DNA of 63,501 nt, counting the filler, from Reticulomyxa filosa (lineage: Eukaryota > Protista > Foraminifera), in NCBI GenBank assembly GCA_000512085.1. It is 22 parts of 22 records of this genome, joined end to end, with 100 filler letters (N's around TTAATTAATTAA, not from the genome) between each part and the next. Parts side by side here need not be neighbours in the genome. Positions count along the whole stretch, not along the records: positions 1 to 4,486 come from ASPP01020693.1; positions 4,587 to 9,128 come from ASPP01026916.1; positions 9,229 to 11,571 come from ASPP01002753.1; positions 11,672 to 13,599 come from ASPP01025903.1; 18 more parts are not named here. One strand, given 5' to 3'. The position numbers and the translations under genes are program-made. Positions within the stretch are counted from its first letter, which is position 1. Every line of letters starts with the position of its first letter. Of the stretch, positions 1-13,599 are shown one piece after another. The notes under the pieces were generated by a model. It saw only the letters and a list, made by a program, of their open reading frames with translations, was not told where the DNA came from and made no database searches.

Positions 1-727
1 CTGCCATCAATATAATGCAAGCGAGATATGGGGTAATTGATGGTTCACTTGCAACATGAATTTTTTCGTCCCTTTTAACGAACGCACTCCGAACTTCAAG
101 GCTGGCTAACCTAAACGTTTTCTAGATTTACGGTTCTGTCAAAAACTCTTTTTGTGCGCATTTACCTTCAATAGCTGTAAAAAGCATAGCTGGGTAGTGT
201 AAACTGGGAAAAAAATCAACGTGGGATAAGGATTCAGAATTATGCTGGAAACACTTCTACATAAACCCCTCTGATTAAACGATATCATGTTTTGAAGCAC
301 CTAATTATCAACAAACCTCTACAATATTGGCATTATCTACATCAAAAGAAGTTGGCTACTTACATTTGGCAAAGTAACAATCAATGTATTGCTAAAAAAG
401 CACAATCCACCTCACAAAAAAAGGAAAAAAGGAGGTAAGAAAAACATTTCAAAAGTATAAAAACGTTGCTAAAAAAAAATTTGAGAAAATCTGTTTTTAA
501 TGGAGAGATGACAAATTTGTGAAGTGCTATTTGGGATTACATTTTTGTATTGTGCTACTTATACGCTCTGTTTTTATTTATACTCAGTCAATCCACAAGT
601 ACACTAATGAGCTGGATTTTCGAAAAACTAGCTCAAACCTCTCCCTTTCTTAACTGCTTGTTTCTTCCTTCTTATTTTTTGTTACGTTTTTATCGTAGAA
701 ACTTCAAAAGGTGCGGAAAATATCAGA

Positions 728-2003
728 ATGACAAGCGGTTTGTCAAAATGTATTTTAATTTTTCCTTCTAACTGCTGTTTTCGACTCTGTCTCTTTGCAA
801 ATGTTTGACTGTCCAAACATAATCATCAGAACCAAAGAATGCCAAAAATGTATTGTTAACGTGGATTAATTCGCGTTTGGAGGTAAATGTGCAAACGATC
901 AAAGAGATGAAGACAGGCGCACTTTATTGCAACCTGTTTGGTATGTTCTATCCCGGTGACATTCGAACGCGGGACGTGGAATTCAATTGCGTGACAGAGG
1001 AAGACAGCAAAAAAAACTGGGAAATATTGCAGGAGGCTTTCCAGAACGTGATGATTCACAGAGTTTTGTAAGAAATGGACCTTTGTGTATTGAGCGTTCA
1101 ATTGTATTTGTACGGTTGAAAAAGCAAATAACGTAACCAGGGATTCTTTTTAAGCATACGTATATGCGAAAATAGAGAATACATTATAAATATTTACAGG
1201 ATATTCCTATAAACGAATTAATTCAAGGTCATGAAAATGAACATTTACAATTTTTGAAATGGGCGTACAAATACTTCAGTAATAAAGAAGCGATATGCAC
1301 TGCTGTTCAAATACGTTCAAATTCCAAAGGAGGAAAAAACTTTCACCGATCAAGCGAAAATAATTCTATCGAATCAATTGGGCCACAAGATAATTTTACT
1401 GAGGTTCCCGAATCCAATATCTCACAGGTACAAACAAAAAAGAAGCAATTTTAGAATGACACTTTTTACTTTTAAAAAGTACTGTAAAGTAGTCTTCGCA
1501 ATATAATAATATTTTACACTCAATTACCTTAATAGAAAGATGCAAAGATAAACGAGGACGATGACGCTAAAAACGACAGCACTGACATTGTAGAACGCCT
1601 GAAAAACTCTCTCAATACTGCTGATCAACGCTACAATAAAGCAAAAAAGGAATTAACAGTACGAAATTTATTTTTTTTAATAAACTTTAAGCTTAGTATG
1701 CGTTGAGTATTTTTTGCACTGCACGTGAAAAAAACAATACAGCGCTTGCACAAAGAGCGAAAATTGTTTCTTAGCAAATTTGCCGAGATTACAGTGATAT
1801 GCCGTGAATATCAAGATCAGAAATCAGATTTGGTGACTAAAATAAATAAAGTTGCGTATTACATTTTCGCATTTGTTTTTAATTTTTGTGTGGAGGGACA
1901 TCTTTGCCAATATAAAATGAAATCTGAAAAAAAAAGTGCTTATGCGATATTAATATTTCTGACGAAAATGCGGCTCCAACTGAAACTGAATAATTTGTCC
2001 TGA
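728..2003 (+). CDS. EB1: EB1/RP-EB family microtubule plus-end binding protein (CH domain + EB1 C-terminal motif), multi-exon
   Basis: Spliced model: ATG 728, GT-AG introns 738-829, 1063-1199, 1428-1535 and ~1659-1742. This gives MTSEPKNAKNVLLTWIN...TGALYCNLF...NWEILQEAF...DIPINDLIQGHENEHLQFLKW (CH domain) and LHKERKLFLSKFAEITVICRE (EB1 C-terminal motif). The 3' end is approximate. Confidence 0.8.
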
Positions 2004-2901
2004 GAGTGAAGAGCTTATTTTTATTTAATCCACTAAGGCAATCAAGCATGTGACAACAAAAAAACTACGGGCTGATGTCTTTTTGTTGCTCATTCCTTTT
2101 TTTTTCAAATTGCCTTTTTTCAAAATTTTTTTTTCTTAGTTGAGTATTTAGGAGTAATTTTTCTTTTTTGGCTATGGTTTTTGTCTGTTGATAAATTAGT
2201 CTCAGCATTGGTCGGTTTTTTTGTTACAGAATAAAACCAGTTTTAGAAAAATGCAATTGGTGGCTCTAAAAAAAACATAGCAACAAAACGTAGTACTGTA
2301 ATTCACAGCATAATACACAAAAGTAGGATATTAGTTTTTTGTTATTCCTCCATTAGATTCTTTGTTTTTTTGCTGTTGAGTTTCCTGTTTGACAAAGGGA
2401 ATAAAAGAGTTTGTAATATAAATCAGAAAGATGCGAAACAAAGTTTTGGATTGGACAAAAATTCACAAACCTGCGCTTGGAGTGATATTTTGTGGTCTGC
2501 TCTTGAAGGTTCAATAAAGAATGCTCATCTTCTATTTAACAGATAAAAAAAAGTATATTAAAAGAAGAAAGCATTACATAACCGACATACCAATAGAACC
2601 CTGGAGTTTTCTTTTTTTATTGAGAGAGTTGTTCTCTACTGTCTTAATCTTGCTATCACTCGATCCAACAACTACAAGTAGAATCGCACACATGTTTTCA
2701 ATATATATGTTTATTTTATCTTTATCTTAACCAAACGAGAGATATCGATTTATAACTGTGTGATAATTTGAGATTTCCGGAAAGCGCTAAACGAGCAACT
2801 TTTTTCTGTTTGCGACAGCAAACATTGTTTTATTGTTTGTACATTTTGTAAAGACGCTTGCACATACCTTTGTTCGATTTGCATCCCGAACAAAAAAAAG
2901 A

Positions 2902-4440
2902 TCATTTCTCATTTCGATCATATTTTGTTCGATCATATAGTTCAAGAGCTCTGTTACAGTATTGCAATTGCAGCTGTGATTGTGAAAAAAAAAGTGTCTT
3001 GTTGTTTGGCAAACCTTCAATATTGGCCTCACTGGTATTGCAAACAACACTGATAGTGGCAATGTCTATTGGCTTCCGCGCATAATTTGTGACGATGTGT
3101 TGCATTTGGTGAATAATATCTTTGTCTTTGGGATCAACTGAACCTTTCCTTTTTACTTTTTGTGGTGACCGACAAGCATCTTTCACCGCCGCCTCGGACG
3201 TAAATGTCTGAGACATGCTGGGTTCTCTGTCATTATCCTTGTTACTTTCAGTGTCAATGTTGCTTTCCAAGCAGCCATTGCTTATCTTGGTCTGCAGTAG
3301 GTTGCTTGCGTGTGACTTGGAATCTAACAACACGAAAAAGCAAAGGGAAAAAAATTGCAAAGAAGCAAAAGAAAAAGAGAAGAGAGAAAAGATCTTTGTG
3401 AAACTTTGAGACATTGGTATTTCTTCCTATTCATTTGCAAACAGAAAACATTTTTGAGTTTGCAAAGCGTTCTACGTATAAAAAGAATAATTATTAACCT
3501 GTGATCTCGGCTTCGAGTACAGACGCTCGGACTGGTTATGTTCGACAGAGTCTTGTATACTCATCTCCGAGATATTGCTGGTCTTGTTCTTGTTTGCTGT
3601 CCCATTTGTTTGCTCTTGCGAGTGCTCCAGCTAAATGACCGCAATGACAACGATCAAACAACAAAGAGATCAACAAAGACTTGGAAATAAGCAAACAAAT
3701 GAACAACAACAAAAAAAAACTTATTTGGCTGACAGAAAAGTGGACAATTGCTCCTGTTCGGAGAACATTGAAACAGAGTCGAAGATTGTATCAAATAAAT
3801 AAATAAAAATTAGATTTCGCAACGGGTAATACACAACATGTAACTTCGTCGTGTGCCTCTTCGTCAGTGTTTTTGTCAGTGCTCTATCGTCAACGCCATA
3901 CACATACATATACACAGTAAAGTTTAAACCACTCCCTTCCTTTTGATCAAGAGATGCAAGAGATTTGAGGGAGGGGACAAAAAGGCGAACCAATTTGATC
4001 GCTTCTCGAGGACCTTTGGAGTGTGAAGCTTTCTCACTTGCCGCGTTGCGTCTTGCCAATGAAGTCAGCTGCGACACTCCAGAACTGGTGCCGCTTTTGT
4101 TAATGTCACCGCTTCTGTTGTTGGTCCCTTTTGTAGATATATCCAATCGATCATTTTGACTACGATCGTGCACTGAGAGTGGGATCGCCGATCGCTCAGC
4201 TGCAATTTCGGAAACACTCTTTTGGCTACTTTGCGTATTTGTCTGTGATATCTTCGTTGGCGCTGTTGTTGTCACCTTTTTCTTTTTTTTTTTTAAATGA
4301 GTGAATGAACTCTTCCATTGGACGTATCTCCCCTCGCTTGCCAATTTTTATACCCTTGTGTTCCATTTGTCACTAAACTGAGCCAATTTTTGCAATTTTG
4401 ATTTCGTCTTCCGGTTCATCCGAGGTCTTTTCATTCATTG
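2902..4440 (-). CDS. Multi-exon low-complexity (S/T/K-rich) protein of unknown function, partial
   Basis: GC-richer open blocks at 2902-3414, ~3500-3630 and ~3940-4340 on the minus strand, separated by AT-rich intron-like gaps. No recognisable domain. Confidence 0.35.
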
Positions 4441-4486
4441 CTATGTCACATGTTAACCAATGAATTTGGCGACAATCACTTGCAAA

Positions 4487-4586
4487 NNNNNNNNNNNNNN
4501 NNNNNNNNNNNNNNNNNNNNNNNNNNNNNNTTAATTAATTAANNNNNNNNNNNNNNNNNNNNNNNNNNNNNNNNNNNNNNNNNNNN
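4487..4586. other. Artificial contig-joining spacer (N44-TTAATTAATTAA-N44; stop codons in all frames); first of 21
   Basis: Identical 100-nt spacers start at 4487, 9129, 11572, 13600, 17837, 19141, 21476, 24462, 26203, 31651, 34277, 35600, 40341, 41743, 42882, 51531, 53630, 55190, 56860, 60082 and 62012. Confidence 0.98.
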
Positions 4587-5203
4587 AAAGTTTAATTAAA
4601 AGAAAAGCTGGTTGTTTGATTTGATTGAATGCAAATATTGAAGGATTTGTTTTATTTTACTTTGTTGTTTAAAAAAATTAAAAAAGTTGCATTCAATGTT
4701 TTTTTAAATTATTCAAAAATATAATAAAAATTTTATTCAAATGGCAAAATAAATTGTAAGAGATTTCAAATATTTTGTTTTATTCATTGCAAATCTATAC
4801 TAATTTTTTAGATTAAGACATCTATATTGGAGTAAAGGATGTCACTGTCGATTGAAGTCAAGTAAATCAATCTCAGGCTTTAATTTTACTTTTTTTATGT
4901 CATAGTATTTGTGTTTGTAAAAGTAACAAATTAAGATTATTATGTCATAGAGTAGTTGAAATTAAACACACAAGGGCATTATTGGAGGTATTTCCAACAG
5001 TGAAAGGACACTGCCTGTTAAGCAATGAAAGTAAATGTATTATATAATAATGGCAGAGCTGTTGGTCAAATTTTAAAAGAGATGGATTCCAAGGAATTTG
5101 CCAAATGAATAACACTCCGTTACTTGTGATTGCATAATCTTGCTCTTCAAAAACTTGCCCAAATTGGCCATGCCAAAGTTTTCAAAGGCCATACATCCTT
5201 GCT

Positions 5204-6325
5204 TTAAAATATGGTCCCATTGATTATGTCTTTCAAATCCACATATGACTCTTTTCGAACAAAATGGCTTTTTTTATGTATTGTGTCAAAGTATCGCATT
5301 TCGTTGATTGATCCGTCATGAGCGTTGGCATCCCACCACATGTAGCGGCCGATGCCAATGCAACCACCTTGCATGTGGACGTCATCCAACTTGTTCACAA
5401 CTGTGACTATTGATCACGCCAAATGCGGTTGATGACATGATAGTGTATCACATGGTCGGTATACGTCGAACTTTGAAATGAGATGTGTGTGTGTGTTCAA
5501 ATACCAATTATATTGACTTATCAAATTCAACAACGTTTTTCTGTCCAATACAAATAATACTGAATATTTTTTGTATTTGTACATTGTGTTAATCTCTTTC
5601 ACATCTTAGTCATCTCCAAGCAAAACAAAAAAAATGTATACGTTGTGATGACCAAAAAAATAAATGAAAATAAAACAATGCTATATTTTGCTGTACATCT
5701 CTTCATTGGCATGTTGTGAGATATGTTGCAAATAATTTGGTCATCATGAAATGAGTGTTTCTTATGTGGCAGTATTTGGATGATCCACTTGTGGCGAATC
5801 AAGATAAATCCCATTACTACCTTGCTATATTTCGACTGACTTTGATTTATCTTTTTTGGTTTCATTGGCTTCATTGATGGGTTTCAGTTCCACCGATTTC
5901 CGTCGCTTGTCGCTTTTCACATTCTTTTATTTGACCATTATTTTGGTCTCATCACACAATTCCTTCACAGACTCAAAGAAGACAAACAAACCTAATGAGG
6001 GGGGTTGTGTGTCTCCGTTCCAATATATTTGACAACGCTCCCACCAGCCATAGCGTTGGCATCCTACTCGTCCAGTTCCAATCCAAGATAGTCTTTGTTG
6101 GTACTCGCTCAATTCGATCAAAGATCCTATGTAATGGACAATGCTAATGCAACAATCTCGCATGTGGACACGATCCAACTTGTCCGCAGCCATAAATTCG
6201 CGATTGGACTGCATCATTGCATACAAGTTTACTTCGAACAATTGCGAGAGCACTTTGTAAATGTCTTTCGTAGTCATGTCTCGTCGAAAACTTGCCTTTG
6301 CCGTCATGATTTTGAGCGATTCCAA
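5204..6325 (-). pseudogene. Decayed, internally duplicated fragments of an unknown gene family
   Basis: Two related peptides on the same strand, DKLDRVHMRDCCISIVHY (~6130-6190) and NKLDDVHMQGGCIGIGRY (~5340-5398), in short interrupted ORFs. Confidence 0.35.
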
Positions 6326-6559
6326 TGCTTTAATTGTTATTGATTCCTTTCATATACATATATATAAATATATATATTTTTTTTATGTCATTTGTTCATT
6401 TGAATAACAAACAAAATTATACGTGGATCACACTCTTTGTTCAACAGATAATTCAGGTTCAAATACTTTTAGGTTGGAAGCTGCACTCGTTGTCCAATAC
6501 TACCATTTATTTTCTTCTCTTTCGTCGTCGTTGTCATCTGTTGCTCGAATTCCCACTTC

Positions 6560-7146
6560 CGGAATCGATTGAATCACGACAATTGGCGAAAATACCTAAA
6601 GCCTTTGAAGGAAATGGAAAAAAGAAATGGTTTGGACACTCAAAACCCCAAAACCATTTTAGATTGACGTCTCAGGCTATGCCTTCGAAGGAAATAAGAA
6701 ACGGAGGGAGTAACACACCATTTTCGACATACTCCGAATACGAGGATAGAGCTATTTGAGGCAAGACAGCTCCGGTGAATAGCAGTAAGTCTCTAATCGA
6801 AGAAATTGGCTCTAATGTCGAAAATCAGATTCCAAATGTCCCCGAATATGGTATATCATTTGACTCCAAAAACAAAAAAGAAGTTTAAATCACTATTCAC
6901 TTGCCGTTGAAACAGAATGCTGCTATGTTGGAATTAATAGCTAACCAGGTACATATTGTCCTCAAATCTCAATGCTATGAGCCTTTGGATATCTTTTAAT
7001 AAAATAATGTGGATGTTGATACGAACAACATCAAGTCCGTTTTTGCAAAAAAAATGAAATCACTGGTATTGAGATGCAGCAAAAAACTTTACTACAAAAC
7101 TAAACATAATTTTTTTATAAAAAGTGTGATTCACATAATATGGTAA
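6560..7146 (+). pseudogene. PIH1/Kintoun-like C-terminal CS-domain pseudogene
   Basis: One frame reads KSLIEEI...PEYGISF...V*ITIHLPLKQNAAMLELIANQVHIVLKSQCYEPLDIF**NNVDVDTNNIKSVFAKKMKSLVL, which resembles a PIH1-CS domain. In-frame stops at 6757, 6886, 6997 and 7000. Confidence 0.5.
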
Positions 7147-9228
7147 TATTATGTATGTTCATTTCATTTATGTGTGCAATCAATCAAAAAAATGTTAAAC
7201 ATATGAAATTGAGTTCTATTAACTACGAGGAATAGATTTAAGATTTTCCAAATTCAGAATGTCAGCAAACAGTTTTTGTCAGTACTTAAGGACAAACAAA
7301 AATCCCCCTTTTCTTTTTCAAAGAAAAATGTCAAAAATAAGATCCAGTCTTCCATACAATTTTTTAAGTTTCCCAACTCCAGAAAAAGAAGAAGCATTTT
7401 CCAAAAGCTTATTGGAAGAGTGTATCTCCTCAATGATCCTTTTTCTAAAAGTAAAGATGACGACACAGAGAACTTTGGTGAGAATGAGCCAGAGCAAACA
7501 CATCCTGAAAAATGTCCAAGAATACTTGCGAATGGTCGGTGAGGTAACAATAGATAAGGAGAATTTGGATTACTTGAATCACCATGAGACGTTTTACATG
7601 TGTGAAATGACAGACAATCTCCAGTATTGGATGATTGTTGTTGAAAAGGAATCATTTGTTGTATGTTGCGAAAACGGTGGATTGCAGTCACATAACACTT
7701 TGTCGTCACTTCAGTTTTTCAAAATTACACATCACAACATCGCATCAATTTGTTTGAGCACTTGGAATATAGGTTGCTCATACAATCACCATATCATCAG
7801 CCCACCACTTTCAATCTATTATGGGCCACATTACACATATGGATCTTCAATTTCTTTTTCCAACTGTACTAACTCAAAACGCAATACCATGATTCATATT
7901 TGATGAACGCCGCCATTGAAAATGATAGACGTTTGCATTGTAGTGCGGCATTCCATGATTTGACGATATATTGGATTTCACTCACAACAATTCTGCAATG
8001 AGGTTTCCACTTGTATTTTCATTACCGTTGCTGTCACTGTTGCCATTATGCTGGGGACTCGCTGCAGCACAAACGGCAATTTAAACAGCAAAAACTTGTC
8101 CATCCGCAATCCAAAATTTCATTGTTATACTTTGAAATACATATAAAAAATTTCAAGCAACACATACCACATACACACAAATAAATAATCAATATACGTA
8201 TAAAGATGTTAATTATTGAATATGTACATATTAAAAAAAAGTATATATATATAAACTTTTTCAACCAATGGACACAAACACGATTATAACGATAGGTAAC
8301 AGAACTTGGAACATGTAACAACAATCCCGTATTGAAATGAGGGGGAGGGTTCGACTGCTTAAGTAAAATATTGTCTACGTTCCACCCAATAGTGCCCAGC
8401 GCCACCACATTGCTAATATCCAATCTTTTTCTTGTTCCTAAATAATGGAGCAATTTTTGAATAGCGATCCAATTCTCGACTGGCACAACTTTGTTACTTT
8501 TTGTAACAAACGCGCAATAGAATTAGCTCTATCGCGCACACCAAATCAAATTGTGGAATACAGCAGCGGCGCCCAAGTATTGGCGCTCACGACATTAGTC
8601 CAATGTGCTGAGACAATTGACAAATGAGTAAAAGATAGCACGGACTGCATTTGGTCGTTGTCGCCATAAGCATAATTGGCAATGCTTTTGACATTGTCCC
8701 AAACTTGCAGCAAATTCCATTGGAGGGGAGAGAGCGCACGATGTGAAACTCGTCCAAGTCTCCCGCGAACTTATGATTACTCCAATCAGTATGGACATGA
8801 CTTAAAATCCAAATTTGCGCATGTGCGTACCCACACAACCATGTTTCGTCACGATTGCAAAAAACAAAAAAAGATACCAATCCAACCTTGAATTTGTATT
8901 ACATTTTGTTTTTTAAATTTGTACTAAAATATACTTTCGTGTTGTCATTAGATCTACCAATAACATGAACGCTTGTATTATCGCTTTTAATCAGTGTTAT
9001 TCCTTTATCTAAATAAAAAATGAAGTCATTAAAGTGATATTTGTTATTTATATGAATTCTGACAATTATTATCCAATCATTGATGTTTCTTCATTGATAC
9101 AAATATCTAATTCATTATTTTCACAATGNNNNNNNNNNNNNNNNNNNNNNNNNNNNNNNNNNNNNNNNNNNNTTAATTAATTAANNNNNNNNNNNNNNNN
9201 NNNNNNNNNNNNNNNNNNNNNNNNNNNN

Positions 9229-9990
9229 TCAATTGCGTTCAAGCTCCTTTTGGTAGGCTTTGGTTTTTCTTCGATGGTGATTTGAAAGGGTCGACTGTGC
9301 GGCGTGCAATTGGACGTATCAATGCTCTCCCCCCCCAATAGATTTGAATGCGCACGAGGACATGGGCTTTTCGTTCAAACTTTTTCTTGATTTCAAAAGT
9401 GCACCATTTGGACTTGTCTTCATTTTCGTTTTTATCGCCATTGCCGTTGTCATTGGCTTCACCTTTCGCCGTATATGTTTTTTCTCTTTCGATTCACTGG
9501 CCTTTTCATCTTCATCGTCCTCGTCATGTTCATTCATCATCATCGATGTCTGACTTTTTTTTGCTTCGACTTTCGTCGCTATCGCTTCTGCTTTCATTCT
9601 AACTTCCACTCTCAATACTGCAACCACTTTCACTGTTGCTGTCGCTTCCAATATCATTATCACTTTCGCTATCACTTGCATTCTCGCTTTCGCCGTTGTC
9701 TTCATTTGCAGATGACTCTTGATAGCTGATATAGTCGCTTTTCACTTTAGTCTTTTGTTTCTGTTTTTCATTGTCTTTTTCTTTCTATCTATATATATAC
9801 TTTTCTTTTTCTTATCCCGTTTGGAATGCTTCTTTCCATGTTTGTGTTTCCGCTTTTTCACATGCTTTTTGTGCAGCTTGTTGAATGATTGCAACGTGGT
9901 GATTTTCTTCCATTTGGTCAGTTCTTGATGCTACGTTTTGCACTGGTCCAAGCTACATTCCAACGGTTCACTGATGATCGTGTTCTATGT
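9229..9990 (-). CDS. Low-complexity K/H/D/E/S-rich protein fragment
   Basis: Charged low-complexity minus-strand coding-like stretch running to the contig edge; frame ambiguous. Confidence 0.3.
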
Positions 9991-10029
9991 ATCATTTAGC
10001 TATTTTTGAGAAAAAATTTAGTCATTGGA

Positions 10030-10996
10030 TAGTCATATGATAGATTGATTATTTTTATCATATTATTCTTGATTATTTTATATAAATTTTTTTAAAATTT
10101 TTTTTTGATCCAATAATATGTATTTCATTATTTTTTTCAATAAATGTCGCTATACAAAAACTTAAGTTTATTGTTAAAATGTTTTTAAATGTTATCCATT
10201 TATTTTCTCGAATTGAATACTTATGAACTAATTTTGAAATTCTAGAATAATTCGCTCCACCAAATAATAATATTGTATCGTTAACAATTAAATAACTATA
10301 TCCATTCAATAATTTGATATCGTCAATAACAGTTAATTCATAAAATTTAAATTCTCCATCATATTCAATTGATAATCCTGTATTATTACAAAATAACAAC
10401 ATTTTGTATTTTCTAGTCTTACAAAGCAATGATAATATAATTCAATTTTCATTGTAATTTGTCATGTTTAATAAATTGAAATGTATTCAAATCAAACACA
10501 CTAATGTTATCACATTTATATGTGATAAATAACAAATTATTGTTTCTTCCACCAATTACTGCACGCGCTACTTCATAATTATCATTATCTCTACCAATGA
10601 TAATTTGATTATTTTGATTGTCTGTAAAAGGGGTCCATTGATTATAATTATTTAATTTTTTTGATTTTTTTGATTTCGGTATATCTAATGTATTATCCCA
10701 AACACTTACATATTTCATCACCAATGTATGTTTATAATATCCACCAAAAGACAATAAAGTAATTTCATTACTGTTCTTGTTGTTATCTACTAGTTTCAAT
10801 ACACAATGTCCTTCTATTCAATACCATCTGAATACTCACATATAAAATGATATTCGTTTTTGATTATATGATAAGAATAACAATATAATTCATCCAAACA
10901 TCCACAAATGAGTAGTTCATTTTTGTGTGACACACATTGAGCTGATTCAAGTGAAATGGGCAAATCCTTCAACATTTGAAATGATTGGTTGTCCAT
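10030..10996 (-). pseudogene. Kelch-repeat family pseudogene
   Basis: Kelch motifs SAQCVSHKNELLICG, CYSYH, ITLLSFGG, ARAVIGG, ILLFGG and KYSIRENKW are split across three ORFs by frameshifts near 10815 and 10400-10450. Confidence 0.75.
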
Positions 10997-12439
10997 GTTG
11001 TTAATGTTGATGAAATATGAAAGTTGAAATATATTTAAAAAAGTTCGTCTTTTTAAAAGTAAAAAGGGGTATATAATTTGATTCAGAAAACAAAAATATT
11101 ATTTTCTTATAATAAAATTAACAACGAACAATGTTGATCTTATTACACAATGACATTAGTATAGTTTACAATACTATTTTGAAAATTGCAGAATAATTTT
11201 TGTTCTTGGAAAAAGGACAATCATATATATCATCATAAATAATACAATTTCAATGTCCCAAAAACTTTTTTACATTTTTTTTTATGTTTCTCGACTTGCA
11301 TGTCCAAATTGGCAGTCTGTAAATAATCTTCAAGTCTTGACTTCCTTACTATTAAGAAGCTTATTATTGTCGAACCAGAGAGTGTTGTTCTTCATCTGGA
11401 TGAATAACAATGACAACAAGTATATACAAATTATATCAATCAAATAAAATTTCCTCAATTAGGATTATTATATTTGGAAATTAGAATCTTGAATTTTTTT
11501 TTTGTTAAATATATTTTGGTACGTATATATGTCGTGCTTTTTAAAATAATTAATGGCTATGCACTTTTTTTNNNNNNNNNNNNNNNNNNNNNNNNNNNNN
11601 NNNNNNNNNNNNNNNTTAATTAATTAANNNNNNNNNNNNNNNNNNNNNNNNNNNNNNNNNNNNNNNNNNNNTTATAATAACCAAAATGATTTTTGTTTTG
11701 AAAGAGATAATTTTGTAAAATTTATTTTTGAATTATTACTTTATTTTATTGACAAGTGTTTCATTTAACAACAATATTTTAGTGGAACAATATGAAGCGT
11801 CTTGTGGATATGATTAATCTTTTCAATGAGAAAATAACTTTTAATCAAATGTTTTTTGTTTAAAAAAATCTACAACCAGTGTCATTTTGACTTTAGTCTT
11901 TGTCTCCTTTCGAAGTTTTTTCGTGATCCTTTTTTTTAATTTTAAATGTCATTCTTTCATAAAGAAAATCAATCATCTCATAAGATGCTTCTACTGTAAT
12001 TGCAAACCATGCTGCAGCAATCTGAAATGAGTGAAAATATCAGTTTATAAATAGATGTCAAATGAAATTGTGTTTGTCAAGTTTGTTGTTATTGATATTA
12101 TTACAATTGCTTGTGAAATTATCAATTAAGCAATTGGAATCGAATGAATTTTGTATTTGAACACATTTATGTTGATGTTGTGATTATTCCTATGATCGGA
12201 TCAACGATATTGCATTTGGTTTTGCAATAATTCATTTGTTTTGGAAAAATGAAGACATAACAATTATGTATTAGCCTGCAGTATTTATATTATAAAGTCT
12301 CAATGTGTTTTTGTAAATTATAGAAGTTCGATCCAAATATAAAAGTGTTATTGTGATATTATATCAAAATAAAAATTGTATTGATTATATTGTTGTAAAC
12401 TGCAAATTAATTAATGAAATTTTAATTTTAAAACAAAAT

Positions 12440-13599
12440 CTACAAATCATCATCATCTTCTATAATCGTTATTTGTTGTTTGTTTTTTAACCTTGCTGAT
12501 CTACGTAGGTCAATGTTTGTAGTATTTTGTTCATTTAATTCTGTTTCTCCAATTATATTCTTTAACTTTCGTTTCTGCCTTTTCGGAACATCTACTCTTA
12601 ATTGCCTTTTATTTCGTTCTAGTTTAATAGCATATGTCGATATTTTTAATAATTCAAGCATTGCCTGCTTAAATGACAATGCTTTCATTATTTTGTGGAC
12701 CTTTATATTAAATACTTTATCTTCATCACCAATCTTATCAATCTCCATCCACACAAATCGAGGGTATGCTATTAATACACCAACCCTAACTCCAGTCCAA
12801 ACATATAACTTATAATTTGTTGTATATGACTGCATAAAGTAGATGGATTCATTACATGTCTAGGTACTTTTTCATTTAATCTTTCTATCATATCTTCCAT
12901 ATCACCACTTTTTCTGATACCATAATAATCACATTTATCATGTAGTTTTGTTTTAGTGTACATACACCAAGGTAATGTCTTTCTGTAATGTCGTAATAAT
13001 AGTAATTCTCCATTATCTTTCGTACATTTACAATTAATCCCTTCATCTGTTGTTTTACTTTGTATTTCACTTTCCTCTTTTGGTATAGTCTGCCGAATGC
13101 TTCTATTGACTTTTAAATTCATTGTCTTTTTTATATTAATAATACTTTCAAATTTACCATTGTTTTCTATTTTGTATTTAAATATGTATATGTGTATATT
13201 ATTTATAAAAATATAACAATATTTATTTAACCTGGATCCATTAATTGTCCTAATTCAATACATCCTTGATCCCACGTTTTCTGTAATACATCTTGCATAT
13301 TATTAAATACGTCCAATACATTTGGGGACTTATAATCAATAACAATAAAAGGATCCAATGGTTCGCTTTCGCTAAATAGATCATTAGTTAAAGACCAAAG
13401 AATATCAGTATATGCTCGTCCATAACGTGAATCATCTATATTTGTTTTCAGGTCTAGTAATGTTCCGCCAATAGTAGAATAAATATTTGAATTTGATATA
13501 GCACATAACAGGAATTGTAATGGCCTTATTATGCAATCATTTTTTAATTCTTTATAGCAATCCTCAGTAATACATTTCCAAAATCCTTCAACGACATTC
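12440..13599 (-). CDS. Partial multi-exon gene with SAP-like DNA-binding motif (possibly transposon-derived; frame break near 12800)
   Basis: Open exon 13599-~13232 (NVVEGFWKCITE...GQLMDP), a GT-AG intron, then an exon with YTKTKLHDKCDYYGIRKSGDMEDMIERL (SAP-like). An overlapping ORF in another frame ends in RRSARLK. Confidence 0.4.

Noticed and set aside
4531-4542. Recurring palindrome TTAATTAATTAA as a biological repeat or CRISPR-like array
   Set aside because: Always centred in N-runs of fixed length, so it is an artificial linker. Adjacency across spacers has no biological meaning.
6757-7002. Stop-codon reassignment (ciliate-like code)
   Set aside because: Intact genes here end in TAA or TGA (ubiquitin, Erv, C11orf54, TUTase), and their long ORFs lack internal stops.
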